Below are positions 24,061 through 38,117 of a DNA stretch of 64,000 nucleotides, piece by piece. Source of the stretch: Phoronis australis (lineage: Eukaryota; Animalia; Phoronida). Made by a program: the position numbers and the translations under genes. Position 1 is the first letter of the stretch. Every line of letters starts with the position of its first letter. Below the pieces are notes generated by a model. It had not been told where the DNA came from, did not search any database, and worked only from the letters and a program-made list of their open reading frames with translations. The DNA lies in the NCBI GenBank assembly GCA_002633005.1, contig NMRA01000220.1, positions 382,268 through 446,267 on the forward strand, written 5' to 3'.

Positions 24061-27000
24061 GGGGCTATTCGGAGAATTCTCCTCGCGGTGTCGCTGCAGT
24101 ACTAGTGGTGATTGAATTGCGCATGCGTGGCTGTCTGCATGTAAACATAGTCTATGATGTAAACAACTAGTAAAAGATGGAATTGTTATCAAAATACGTC
24201 GTCGCGCTAACCCTCATTACTGCTAATTTACCTGGTGCAAGTCTTCGACAGGTGGCCACAAATTCCCAAAAGACCTAATGTTACTATATTCGTGGACAAT
24301 TGCGGTCAAAAGGGTCAACTAATTGACAAAAAGTGTGTGGATGCTGAAGCCCCGTGGCCGTGTGTGCTCTATGACTATGCAGTTCCATGCGGAGACCACA
24401 CAACATTACTTGGTAAGTTTTTAGCAATCAAGTTTCTATCAACATCGTTCGGTGATGTTATCCCCACCAATTACCCCACTGAATAACAGGTTTATTGAGT
24501 GGAACTAGTGTTTCTTTTAGGAAACTCACCCCATGCCGGGTAGGCTAACAGCACATATTCATATTGTCCTGGGTGGGAGTGCTCCCAAAATAAGAGGTGT
24601 GTGGTACGTGATGCACAGAAGTCAAGGGTGACTTTTTCACAGCAGTTTCTCTTCAAAACTATGCTGTTTCCAATAAAATTCTCTTGATGTGTAAGTTTCC
24701 TTATTTTATCGCGGACTCCACCCCCAGGACTACCAGAGCAGTTATCGAATCAACATGAATAAGCCTTAATTCAGTAAATGTCGTAACATTGTATTGGAAG
24801 AAAAATTGACACCTAGAATGAATTTTACTTGATGAGATCAGAAGCACATTTTAAGTGTCATGAAAAATACACATTGTTAAATCACTTTTAGCCTGTTTCA
24901 CATATTTTAATTCAGATATTAAATAAGACTTGGGTACAAAGGTTATTAGTTTCTACACATAAACATGAAGATGAAACGTCAAGTATGTTCTGCCTTACAA
25001 AAGTAGTTTTGTCTTGTCTTTTCCTTTACAATTTGCTAATATTTCTCCGACTATTCTGTTACAGGTGAGCGAAAACAACTGAAACCAACCGCCCGACCAT
25101 CTATTTTACCTTTGGACAAAGTGAAAAGCAATCCTTCAACAATAACCTGAGAGAATTGAACATAATTCAGAAATTAGCACTTGATATGCCTGATTATGGA
25201 CTCCATCGCAATGTTGTTTCTTTCTGTGCTCTTTCAGTTTGCCATTTGTTTTTAAATACACTGATAATTGTTTATTCTCGAATCTTGTGCATAGCAGATT
25301 CTTATCCAGCTAGCTACAATAAAACATACAATAAGACAATCGATGCAGTCACTGAATGTCATTTCCCATAATGTGTACCAAATTGAAAAGTTTTTACCAA
25401 TAGTATAAAGCCTTTCTTCTGAAAGGAAAATTTAATGTCACTCAGCTTTTGGCTTTCATTTCATTGGGATCTAGTTTCAATGGCCTATAGAAGCGCTTGT
25501 AAAAAGGTCCAGTTTCGACACGTGGCTTTCTTTCATGAAACCTCATTCAGCCTCAATAACATCTACAATTAGACCCTTGAAGGTAAACACAGCAACATAT
25601 CACTTCAATCGTTTTGAGCCAAAAATCAGACCCTTGAAGTAGACCAGAGTGTGACTAGGTCTTCTTTAGCTTCAGTCCCTCATGTTTCTTCCAGGAAAGA
25701 AAATAAGCTATTGTCCACACATGACTCATTGCCTATGAAAGGGCATCCTCACCAACAAGGCTTACTTATGTAGCAGTCAGATATAGTTCGTCTGAATACA
25801 CAGACAGTCCACTGGCATATTGTCTCATGGTAACTTAGTACTGCGATTCACATTTCTCCAGGGCCACTGACTTGTACATTGTGCCATGCAGCACTGCTGG
25901 TGTGTGGAAGTGCTGTGGGAAGAGAACGGAGTAACAAAGCTTGTCTATGATACAGCTTGAAGTGGCTTTAAAATGTCACTGAACCTGGAACAAATATTGA
26001 AATGTGAATAATTAAGTACTCCAGATTGGGTCAAAAACGTTATTCCTGTTGTTCAAAAACATATGGTGACTGCTCTACAGTTTCACATAAAATTAGATAA
26101 TTACTATTTTCAGAAACCAAGGGTGTATATAATAAGCATTGTATAAAACTTGTCTTTATTTTTTATTCGTAGCTATAACAGTTCTTTATATGCATCACTT
26201 GTCTGCAAAATATACAAGCTTTTTGAGACAATTTCAAACCTTTGTTACCCATTTTCAAGCCTTTTTAATTTTGATACTTTCAGCAATTTTAAACTCTGAT
26301 TACAGGTTCATGGGTTTGTCAAGAATACTTCTAGTCTAAGGTTGAGAGAACCGTTTCTCAGACTTTTAATTTTTATTTTAATAGAAGATATGAAGACTTG
26401 GGTCATTTAAAAATGATGATTAATTTTTCTGTTGTTTAAGAGTAATTACAAATCGTAAGGCACCATCAAAAATGCAATTTTCACAAAAATGGCAGTAATT
26501 TGAATTTATAACGACTTGCAACATTTCTAGGCATGAGTTAAGACTATTCAGTCACTGTGAATTCAGAAAATGTAATATATTTTCTTGGGTTTACAATTGA
26601 TACAAGTAGCAAAATAGTTTCAAGAAATCAACTTGAAGGGACTTCATGAAGGTTAAGAATTACCTCACCATGCTCTTTTCCCCAAACATGTATTACCTGT
26701 TATTTCCACACATTCAGTTATACCAAATATTACAACCCCAACCCCCCATGCCAATCCCCCGCTAAGGAAGTGAATAAGAATATTAACAAAATGACTTACA
26801 CATCTTTCTTTAAAAATAGCTGTTCCTTTTCAAAGGCTTTGTATGTTGCCTCCAATATTGAAAGTAGGCTTTGACAAAAGATCTTCACTGGACGGGAAGA
26901 TCTTGTTGGTTAGCTGCAGTCAAATGCTAAAAACCAATTTTTGTCCATTCAGGGACGGTGCAGAAGCGATGCATATCTCCTCTGCACGGTACAAGCCCTC

Positions 27001-27619
27001 AAACCTAAAAACCAAAGGTTACGTGAAAACAGACGTGATAGATTTCCATTTCAACGTGTAATGGATTTCAAGAAGACATATGATAGGGAGTAAACAAATA
27101 GTCTAATGCAATGGATATTTGTCATGTACCCCGCTTTGCCACTGGGCTTGGATTGTAATCTTAACTCATTAACCTGTATCGAGTTGACAGCATAAAAATT
27201 CATAATTGATTGATGTAACTGTCACTGATAAACTGTTAGAAATCATTCCAAACAATAATAATGTTTTGATGTACGAAAAGATCCCGATTGCTACGTCAAA
27301 TATCGCATCACATACAACAAACAAAGATTAACCCGACTGGCGACTGCCGCGAAGTCGACATCGGCGAGTACCTCAGTTAACAGGTATCAGTAGAATAAGC
27401 ATGGAATAATCGTTAAAATAATCACAAACCTTACCTTTGTATAGGGTCGTGCTTACTTCCTCTCATAGAAGCACCCTTTGCACGCAATCTCAGATTCAGT
27501 TGGCACGGCTGCAAGCCATTTCAACATGTATTTAAAGGGCTCACGAAATCGAGGCTGTTAATCTATCACCACTAGTACACACGCGCCCTCTAGTTATTGT
27601 AGATTTTCCGAATAGCCCC
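24061..27619. mobile_element. Degenerate ISL2EU-like (PIF/Harbinger-related) DNA transposon with convergent THAP and SAP gene remnants
   Basis: AT|GGGGCTATTCGGA...TCCGAATAGCCCC|AT plus subterminal GTACTAGTGGTGAT. Plus-strand THAP remnant HYC*FTWCKSSTGGHKFPKDLMLLYSWTIAVKRVN*LTKSVWMLKPRGRVCS (~24205-24412), intron 24413-25064, then GERKQLKPTARPSI. Minus-strand SAP-like LRLRAKGASMRGSKHDPIQR (exon ending 27435, next exon from 27004). Confidence 0.75.
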
Positions 27620-27672
27620 ATTCACGCCGACATGAGGCACGTTCCAAAACGAGGCTCGTTACGATACTTCTG

Positions 27673-27822
27673 TTGGCTCGTGGCATAGTTGTATTCCGCG
27701 TGCGCTCGAACGGCTATAGAAAATATACGGATGACTCAACTGTTTTACGATGCCTAAGGACGTTTCGGAAGCGTTGGGTTGTTGACATACGCCGCGACGA
27801 AGGAAAACATTTCCGTGTAAAA
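27673..27822 (+). pseudogene. Second THAP-domain transposase remnant just outside the ISL2EU TIR
   Basis: ...SNGYRKY...RKRWVVDIRRDEGKHFRV resembles the WxxxIRRDEGxxF motif of transposon THAP domains. Confidence 0.55.
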
Positions 27823-29211
27823 TTTAATTTTGAACAGTTAGATCATATTTTGTCGCATTTCGGTTGCCGAGCATCATAGCACTAACTACACCGGTAAATC
27901 TTCGGTCAGCCATGCTGTGTTTTCATAACTACGGATTGAAACATGACGCATTTTTATTTCCAGAAGGACAGGGCTCTCAATCTCTCGATTTTGGAGCCGA
28001 ATATCGGACCTATTCCCTTCTCAAAATTATTGAAAACTGAATCTCGCGAAATTCACCAACGAGGCCTAAAAATTTCCCTAACGCGGTGACAAATTGAAAG
28101 AGCACAAATTGCTACTTGAGACAGAGCTTGCAACAGGGCGGGGTGCTAACTGAATGAAAAATGGTGATCGCCGGGGAGGCAGATTTTCCCCCTCCACTCG
28201 GCGAAATTTTTTCCCCACTCACTGAGGCACAGGCCCCATTTCCGGCCCTCGGATGAATGAGGCCCCTGAACTGAGAAACATGATAACTATGCTTGCTCAT
28301 TATAATTACTGAAATTGAGCTCTAAAACGAGGTTATGCTTTGGACGGACGAATTAGGTGTTTTAATTTCAAAATTCAACTTGGTCCATATTGATATATTT
28401 GAAACCTATCTATACACATGAAATAGATGACGTAAAAATTGTAAAAACCAAGAAAGCAGAATTGACGGCCAAATAATTTTTATTTTCAATTAGAAACATG
28501 GTTTTTTATTTTAATAAAAATATATTCAATAACATGAGATAAATGACTAATGGACTGGACTTCGATCACCATACCAGGACCTACTGCTTGATGTTAATAT
28601 TCTTAATCAACAAATTAAACCAGATGTGACTCAAGTTGCACATGACAGCAAAATGCGATGAGCCACCATTGTCGAACATATCTTCAACTCGTCAAAAATA
28701 CGAGCAGATGACCTGGTTCGTGTAGAAAGCATTTCCTGACAAGAAGAAACAGCATGATACCTAATCCGTAACACGACTGCCGCAATTTCATCTCATGTTT
28801 CGAACGATAGTTTTCCGAAAAAACTTATACCCTTTCGTCAGACAACTTTGGTGCATTAACTTGTTCTTTAACGTATTTTTCTACGTCGCTGTGGTTAATC
28901 ATCGACACATTTTTAAGATTTAATATTCAGATTGGACTCGAAAGACCACGCAATGTCAACTTCCGCTTTGTTTATCGCAGTGAGCATCGCTTTGGATTTT
29001 ATTGTTGACGGCATAAGCAATCCTGTTAGCTTAACTTCGAGTTTCGACAAACAATCTTCGATGGTCGAAGCACAGAGCAACAGGTAACTTATGGTTTATT
29101 GTTTTGATTTAGAAGGTCTACCCTTAGTTAATGTGCTTGTTCGTCAAAAATGTTTATCCCTGGCAAGTCTCAGGCAGACTGTTTCAGATTTCTTCGAAAT
29201 CGGGGAATACC

Positions 29212-29266
29212 TGTAGTAAATGTCGACGTCAGTCTCGGCTGTGGCGTCTCTATGTTGTGATGTCCT
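29212..29266. repeat. Left arm of 55-bp inverted repeat (pairs with 31750-31804)
   Basis: TGTAGTAAATGTCGACGTCAGTCTCGGCTGTGGCGTCTCTATGTTGTG is a perfect 48-bp reverse complement of 31757-31804; the match extends to 55 bp with one mismatch. Confidence 0.95.
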
Positions 29267-29425
29267 TTTCATTAACAATGTTGGTCTTGGCCTGGTGCGA
29301 CATCTGACGCCAGAAGAGCCCAGCCGAGGTCACCCTGCTATCAAGTGACCCGTCACCCTTCAAGACCACGTGACAAGATCGCCTGGGCCTTCTGGAGTTT
29401 GCGGCCGTCCTGTGCGGGCGTAATG
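29256..29425 (-). repeat. LTR R/U5-like direct repeat, 3' copy
   Basis: Matches 36048-36210 with ~5 substitutions and one ~7-bp indel; ends ...GGACATCACA on the minus strand. Confidence 0.9.
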
Positions 29426-29429
29426 CTTG

Positions 29430-31715
<2,286 letters not shown>

Positions 31716-31749
31716 CATTCCTTAATGGACAAGTATCTTCTCGAAAGCT

Positions 31750-31804
31750 AGGACAACACAACATAGAGACGCCACAGCCGAGACTGACGTCGACATTTAC
31801 TACA
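31750..31804. repeat. Right arm of 55-bp inverted repeat = start of the 3' LTR on the minus strand
   Basis: Begins TGTAGT (minus strand) immediately after the polypurine tract. Confidence 0.9.
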
Positions 31805-31818
31805 TTCCTCCCTTCCCT
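31805..31818 (-). promoter_or_regulatory. Polypurine tract of the retroelement
   Basis: AGGGAAGGGAGGAA (14 purines) directly abutting TG of the LTR start. Confidence 0.8.
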
Positions 31819-32695
31819 AAAGAAAAGGAGTGGAAAGCTTATGGCAAATGGCGAACGTCATTCCCAACATCTAAACATAAACCCTTGACCTAAGATAACA
31901 GTGACAAGACTTTAAACCCTATAACTAACATGAGGAGTGACCTTGTAAAGTACTGGTTAAAATTAAATCCAACTATTCTCCCCCCCACCCCCTACCAAAA
32001 AACAAATACTAATGAGACACACAGTGATCTGTCATAGCATATATCCAATATAGTAGTCGAACATGACTAAAAGAGAAAAAAAAATATGCTCCACTAATAC
32101 CAGTACCAGGGAGCATAGAATTTCTGGACTATGCTATGACAACACTCTGATTGTTGGTGATGACCTGGCGAGAGAATATATACATTTTTTTAAAAACTGA
32201 ACAACGAAAAGCATACTGGCCCTAAAATGAGTATTCATTATACTTTAGGAGTGATGCACTGAGATATAAAATGATATAGTATTTCATAACATACATTGAC
32301 TATATAGAAAACTTAACTTAATATACAAAAATAAACTATATAGCAACAACTAATACATAATACTATAGAAAGTATAGTCTTGAATATATAAATAGACTAT
32401 ATATATAGTATGGAAACATAACTTATAACAAAAATATACTATATAATATAGTTTTAACGAATAAAGACTACTATATAAAAATAATGTACCAGTACGCTAC
32501 TTAACTACTTATACTACATGTACTTAATACGGACATCACAATTCTCCTAGGACCAAGGATAAGGCACAAACCCAGAGACCGTAGTCAGCCTCAGAGGTTA
32601 TAATAACGGGCAATTACCCAAGGTACTAGGAGAAAACCTGGGGCATAGGCTATGACCAAGGCACACCAGGACGCTGAACCACTTCCAACAATTTG

Positions 32696-33530
32696 TTAGA
32701 GATGGTAAAGCCGCCTGGCATTCCTGGTGGAAACAGCCAGGATGTCACGCAGCGGACGTCGAGAACGCTGCGCCACCTCCATAGCTACTTCCCCCAGGTA
32801 TTGGCAAGCCCCAATGGCGAGGTGCGGTGAATCAGACTCCAGGAGGAGTCGATTCAGCGGAAACTCTTGTAACCCCTTATTTTGGAACTTTAGAAACTGC
32901 CGCACATGCGGCGAAGCCGAAGTGGCAGTTTCTAAAGAACCTCGTCCACCGGAGTACATCCTTGGGTGCACCTCCAAAACAATGGAGATGCAAACCCAAG
33001 TCTGCATCACAGTGGCGCTTCAGGCGATCAAAGACGAAGTCTTGTCCCTCCAAGAAGCGTGGATTGTCGGGGGAACCACGAAGGTGGATCACCACGACTT
33101 TGTTTTTGAAGCTGGGGGAGCTGGCACGAACCTCCGCAAAGATCCGCACCATCTCCTCCAAAGCCTCTTTTTTGGATGGCCAAGTCCTCCCGGGCCTCCA
33201 GACCGACCTCGCCTAGGCCAGCTACAAAAGGGCTCCTTTAGTAGCTGGGGGAGACGCTCTAGAACACCGGGATTCGTTGTTCCAACCCATTTGGGGTAGA
33301 TACACACCACAGCCTTCCAGCCATGTGGAAAACGGAAGCCTCAACGTACTTCCAGTTTTCCACATCGCAGAAAACTGCAATCCCACCGACCAACCGTACA
33401 GGTTTTTGAGAAAACCGTGGCAGCTGGGCGCTGAGCATCTGGTCGGTCGTCAGCATCCTAGTCTCAGTGATATGACGCTGAGCCAAGGATGCCGACAAGC
33501 GATCCAAATGGAAGTGAGCATCTATAGCCA
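32696..33530 (-). pseudogene. TatD-family (amidohydrolase-fold) DNase domain, frameshifted, within the retroelement
   Basis: TatD motifs in order across several ORF fragments: IDAHFHLD, GLGEVGLE, VVIHLRG, LHLHCFGG, LLLESDSP, C-terminal STRNARRLY. Confidence 0.9.
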
Positions 33531-34348
33531 AATCAGGAGCTGGTCCTGATTTAGCTTTGGACGCGGACGGCGAAGCCCCAGATGAACGTCGACCCTTAAA
33601 GGGCAGGCCAGGTGGCTGGCGGGCTTTTGCCACACACGACATCCGAGGGTATGGCGAACCAGCATCCTTCACCCTTTGTGGAAGAGTGACCTTCTGCCTC
33701 CAGTCGGAAGCAGACGGCCAGCCTGTTGGTGTAGGGTGTTACCAGAAGACGCCTCCTGAATATTAATAGTGTCCGTAAGGGCATCTACAAACTCAAGAGG
33801 TGATTCCCGCAAAACGACAGGGTTGTAGGGCACCTTTGACCCCCCTGAAATGGGATCCGGAACCAGGGTGTGCACAAAATCTATTGACTCAGAATTAGCA
33901 ACAACCTGGGTACTAGAAACAGCTTTACCACTCAACTCAGACTTATCTATCGAATTAACCGGAACCAATACTGGGGTATTAATCACATCAGTAATGGGTA
34001 ATTCAATCACACTATTCTGAGTGAGCACGGAACTTTGGGAGGCCGGACACTCCATATCCCCAAGGGAATTCCGAGCACAAAGAATATCAGTCGACAAGTC
34101 AACCAAATCATGAACTACATCACAAGATCTAGCCAAGACAGGTCGACCTCTCCCCCGACACTCATCGTGCACAGAAATACCTCGAGAAGAAGTGGACAAA
34201 CACCCTACTTTAAAACAGTCTAACAGATTAATCGATAGGCGTTTGATGTTTTTATTTAATGAACCTAATAGACCATCCGTGGGACTGAATGTTTTAGTGG
34301 GGCGGTCTGAGGATACCCTACTATTGGCATCACGAGATTGGACTGGAG

Positions 34349-35804
34349 TTAGACCTGATCGTCCAGCCCCGACTCGTTTAAATCATCGGACTTATCCCCA
34401 AAGGATGTACGACGAATTCTAGCAGAATGCGGGCTACGGCACGCAGACTGGTAGTGACCAAACTTACCACTCTTAAAACACATTACTGAAGATCTCTGTG
34501 GGGAAGTTTGGGGGGACCTAGATAGTGGAGGGGATCTAGATGGTTTTGGATTAGAATCCAACAATTTTAATACCCTCGACAAATCTGAGGTAATGCCCCT
34601 AAAATTCGAACTCATAGTCTGGGACATACTCTTAAGTTCTCGATTTATAAGTGCATTGTCTTCTTTAAGACCTATTTCAGAGTTGACCTTAGCCATCTGA
34701 GACTCTAAAGCATGCAGCCTAGACTCAACCGCAGAAATTGAAGCAGAGGATGCTATTGGACCGAATTTAAATGCAGTTTTTTTGTGCTGCGAAAGCAGGT
34801 TGACAGAAGCTTCGTCATTGCGTGATGGCGAGCCCTGGAACCAAACAGACCGACGGTTTTGATTTGCCATCAATCGCTGGGTCGTTGCGAACCATGCAGC
34901 TTTAGACTCTGCCTCAGCTAGGGATACAGGGGATGAGTTCATCACCTGCGTACCTGCAACCTTATCTCGTAACCCAAGGGAGAAACGGAATACAAGATCT
35001 ACTTCTTCATGATCCGAAGGGTTCGGGAAGGCTTTTAAAAATAACCCGTTCAACCTACACGCCCAGTTCTGAATAGATTCCCCCTGCTCGGCGTATTGGA
35101 ATTCAAGGCGTAAGACCTGGGTGCAGTTAGTCGAAGAAAAATGTTCTGACATGTGTGCAACCACGTCATCGAAACCAAAGTCTGGGTTCGCTCTCATGAA
35201 ATTAAGGAAAAATGTAAGGCAACATCGTCCAAACACATTCCTAGTTCAGAGACGCACTTGTCTTCGGACCATAAAATGTCCTTGGCTTAGCGCTGGAATT
35301 TCCAAAAAAAAATCGTCCCACTTGCCTTTTTCCCCTAGAAACACTAATTTAGATGGGGCATTTGACCTTAAACTATAGGGACGGGTGTGGGTAGATGGAC
35401 CAACCGTTCGGCTACCAGAACTTGCGGCAGGCATAGACGAAGAAGAATCCTGCTTAGTGGAGTACTTCCTTCTTACTGTAACGGGATTTTTTCAACCTGT
35501 CACAGGCCTGGGCAATGCCACTTAAGTCCTGGGGCAAACGGGTACGTACAGGACTACCCAGAGGAGAGGTATCTCTGGACTGAGCATCACCACCATATTG
35601 GGTGAAATCAATACCAGAAATAGCACTCCTCGTCAACCTCCATCCGGAATGGATGTGGTTAATATTTTCTGGGGTTATCGGCTGAGTTTGCCGAAAAGCC
35701 AGAATGGTTTGGGCAATATCTTCTGTCATGCCCGAGAGCTTGAATAACTCTTGGGAAAGACAGGAGTTTACCGGAACCCTGTCTTGAAAAGACATACTAA
35801 ACAT
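34349..35804 (-). pseudogene. Gypsy-type Gag with N-terminal ComEA-like helix-hairpin-helix and C-terminal zinc knuckle (frameshifts and one stop)
   Basis: HhH: VPVNSCLSQELFKLSGMTEDIAQTILAFRQ. Capsid: KLVFLGEKGKWDDFF/WKFQR*AK..WSEDKCVSELGMCLDDVAL...LEFQYAEQGESIQNWACRL...KAFP...RFSLGLRDK. Knuckle: CFKSGKFGHYQSAC (CCHC with second C to S). Confidence 0.88.
34376..34382 (-). promoter_or_regulatory. -1 ribosomal frameshift slippery heptamer T TTA AAC at the end of gag
   Basis: GAT TTA AAC in the gag frame, followed by 8 codons and then the stop; the -1 frame has no stop from here to 33669. Confidence 0.8.
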
Positions 35805-36047
35805 ACGGGGCTTTGTCTAAGGAAAAACCACGTGGTCACGTGATCTATTCTAGAATTCCTAGAAAGGTTCTAAAATTTAACAAATATACAAAACAATAAA
35901 TAACAAACTATACTATGTACAATTTTAACCAATAATAAATACCTATAATACAATTCCTACAACTCACAACAAACGCTTTGGTAGCCTACACTCTTATTTC
36001 CCGCCACCATCGAAAGACACCCACGCCGGTCCAACCCCGGAAATAGT

Positions 36048-36210
36048 TGTGATGTCCTTTTCGTTAACAATGTTGGTCTTGGCCTGGTGCGACGTCTGAC
36101 GCCAGAAGAGCCCAGCCGACGTCACTCTGCTATGCCGTCACCCTTCAAGACCACGTGACAAGATCGCCTGGGCCTTCTGGAGTTTGCGGCCGTCCTGTGC
36201 GGACGTAATG
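36048..36210 (-). repeat. LTR R/U5-like direct repeat, 5' copy
   Basis: Matches 29256-29425; similarity stops at ...CGTAAT|GTAAGT (plus-strand donor at 36210). Confidence 0.9.
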
Positions 36211-36863
36211 TAAGTACATGTACATTCTAGACTTTTCTCTTGCACCGCGTTAATAGGCCGAACTTGTGTGTCTGCTTGGCCAGCCGACCCAATTATTAAT
36301 ACAACATACCAAACTACTCAACTAGGTATATTTCTAGACAGGCAAACAGACTGGCTCGATAACGTCTCTTTCTACACTATAACGCGTTAAAATCAGTCCA
36401 GTGGGTGGGTTCTGATGGCGGGTTTAAATGCAAACGAGCAAACGAATTTGACAAGCCGGTTGCATATGAGGCGAGACAATGTGTATTCTGTAACCAGTAG
36501 AACACTGGAAAATGGGAACGTCTCGGGTAAAGAGTTCGTGGGGCAAAAATTAAGTTGGCATCTTTAAGCAGCCAGTATTGAGTCACTTAAACGAATGTAT
36601 GAGTATGTAGTCTAAAGAAAAAAAGACAACAAGGCTAGACATATTTCCTTCTGACTGGCATGAACGAGACTCCTAGTGATTTAAAGTAAAAATGGAACTT
36701 AGTCATTACCTGTACTCTTCATGTCATCATCAACAGATCACCACCGTCATCAACTCACGGTACTGTGTTGAATTGTGTGGACGAGGATTTAACTAGGTCC
36801 ACTTTGGTAAACCCAGAAACGCCGTGGTCTGCTAACTTGATTGTTATTTTATAGGCTTTTGTT

Positions 36864-37694
36864 ATGGTGACAGTTGACGGTGACAAGAGCCCAAAAATTA
36901 AAACGGAAACAAAGTTGAGCGAAGGAACGGGGGGAAATGTTGCAAATAACAGCTCAGGTGAAAGCGACTATGAAACGTCACTTGCAGACAAGTCTCCTGA
37001 AATGGCCAGCTCTAATGGAAGGTCCCGTAATGTTGATCAGTCTTATGGAAGGGTAATTAGCGGACAAGAAGAAGATCCTGGTGACCTGGGCCACATAGAC
37101 GTGGTAGCTGCACAGTTGGCTAAATCGGAGCCACAAACTGAAGGGGACGGTCTCATGTCTGACGCCAGAGAAGCACCTGATCGACTCGACAACGGAAGCG
37201 GTGGTTTGTGGATATTGATAACAGCAGTTGTCTTCATAGTTGCGACTGGTATTGGCATCGCCTTGGTACTATGTCATCATGATATTGAAAAAACTGAACT
37301 CCGAAATGAAAAATACAAGAACGAACTAAGACAGAAGCTTGCACAAGAGAAGGAGTATAGACTTTTGGAAAAAGAACAAAAACAGACGGAATTGGCAGTT
37401 AAGAAAGTCAGTCTAGAGACTGAAGCCAAGAAATTGGAAAATGACAGACTGGCGGAGCAATACAAACATGAGGAAGAGATGGTACGGTTGGAACACGAGA
37501 AGAAGAAAAATGAAACTGTCTTGAAAGTCTATGAAGAACAACTAACTCCTCGTATTGTAACTCGTAAAAAAGTATCTCCTGGGTTTTTCGGTATTTCTAC
37601 TGAATACTTCGAAGATGTCGAAGTTCCCTATAAGGGTTTGCCCAGCAATGTGAAACAAATTGTTGCAGGGACATCTTCGAAACAATCTAGGTGA
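36864..37694 (+). CDS. Uncharacterised single-pass TM coiled-coil protein, paralog B (276 aa)
   Basis: Intact ORF after acceptor ttatttttatag|GCTTTTGTTATG (AG at 36853-36854). TM LWILITAVVFIVATGIGIALVLC, coiled coil, homologous to 20097-20888. AATAAA at ~38008. Confidence 0.82.
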   Translation: MVTVDGDKSPKIKTETKLSEGTGGNVANNSSGESDYETSLADKSPEMASSNGRSRNVDQSYGRVISGQEEDPGDLGHIDVVAAQLAKSEPQTEGDGLMSDAREAPDRLDNGSGGLWILITAVVFIVATGIGIALVLCHHDIEKTELRNEKYKNELRQKLAQEKEYRLLEKEQKQTELAVKKVSLETEAKKLENDRLAEQYKHEEEMVRLEHEKKKNETVLKVYEEQLTPRIVTRKKVSPGFFGISTEYFEDVEVPYKGLPSNVKQIVAGTSSKQSR

Positions 37695-38117
37695 AATGAC
37701 AAGGACTGTCATTAGTCACTAATGAAAAGGTTTGAATCAAAACGCCAAACTGTAAAAAGCTGCGTATGTTCGAAGAAAAAATTAAATGAAAGTTTGGAAG
37801 TTTGTGTTCACTACCCGTGTTTTGTTATTGTTTTTGGTTTAATTAGTCATATATTGCATAGCCTTTAAGTTTTCTAGGATACCATACATGTATTCCTCCA
37901 AAAATGTGTTTAGGGTAGTAACTTTGCTGCCAAAGGAGCTTGCCTTGGTCTCGACGTGAATCTTGCTAAATGTGTATTTAAGTTTGAGCTTTCAGCTGGT
38001 TCCATGGTAATAAAAACTTATGACAATTTGGCAACACTTAAAACAATTTGTTTATTGAACAACTGACTGATAGACTGTAGTGATAGTCTGACTGATAGAC
38101 AACAGTGATAGACTCCT

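Noticed and set aside
24235-24486. ORF with IFVDNCGQ resembling a Sola-type transposase motif
   Set aside because: Another frame of the same DNA gives a much better THAP match that splices to its expected C-terminal motif.
32727-33766. Several plus-strand ORFs up to 190 aa
   Set aside because: Antisense shadows of the GC-richer TatD region, with no recognisable motifs.
36210-36306. Classical spliced-leader RNA gene (leader, GT, short intron)
   Set aside because: No convincing Sm-binding site and the leader would be far longer than known SL exons; trans-splicing is kept only as an untested option.
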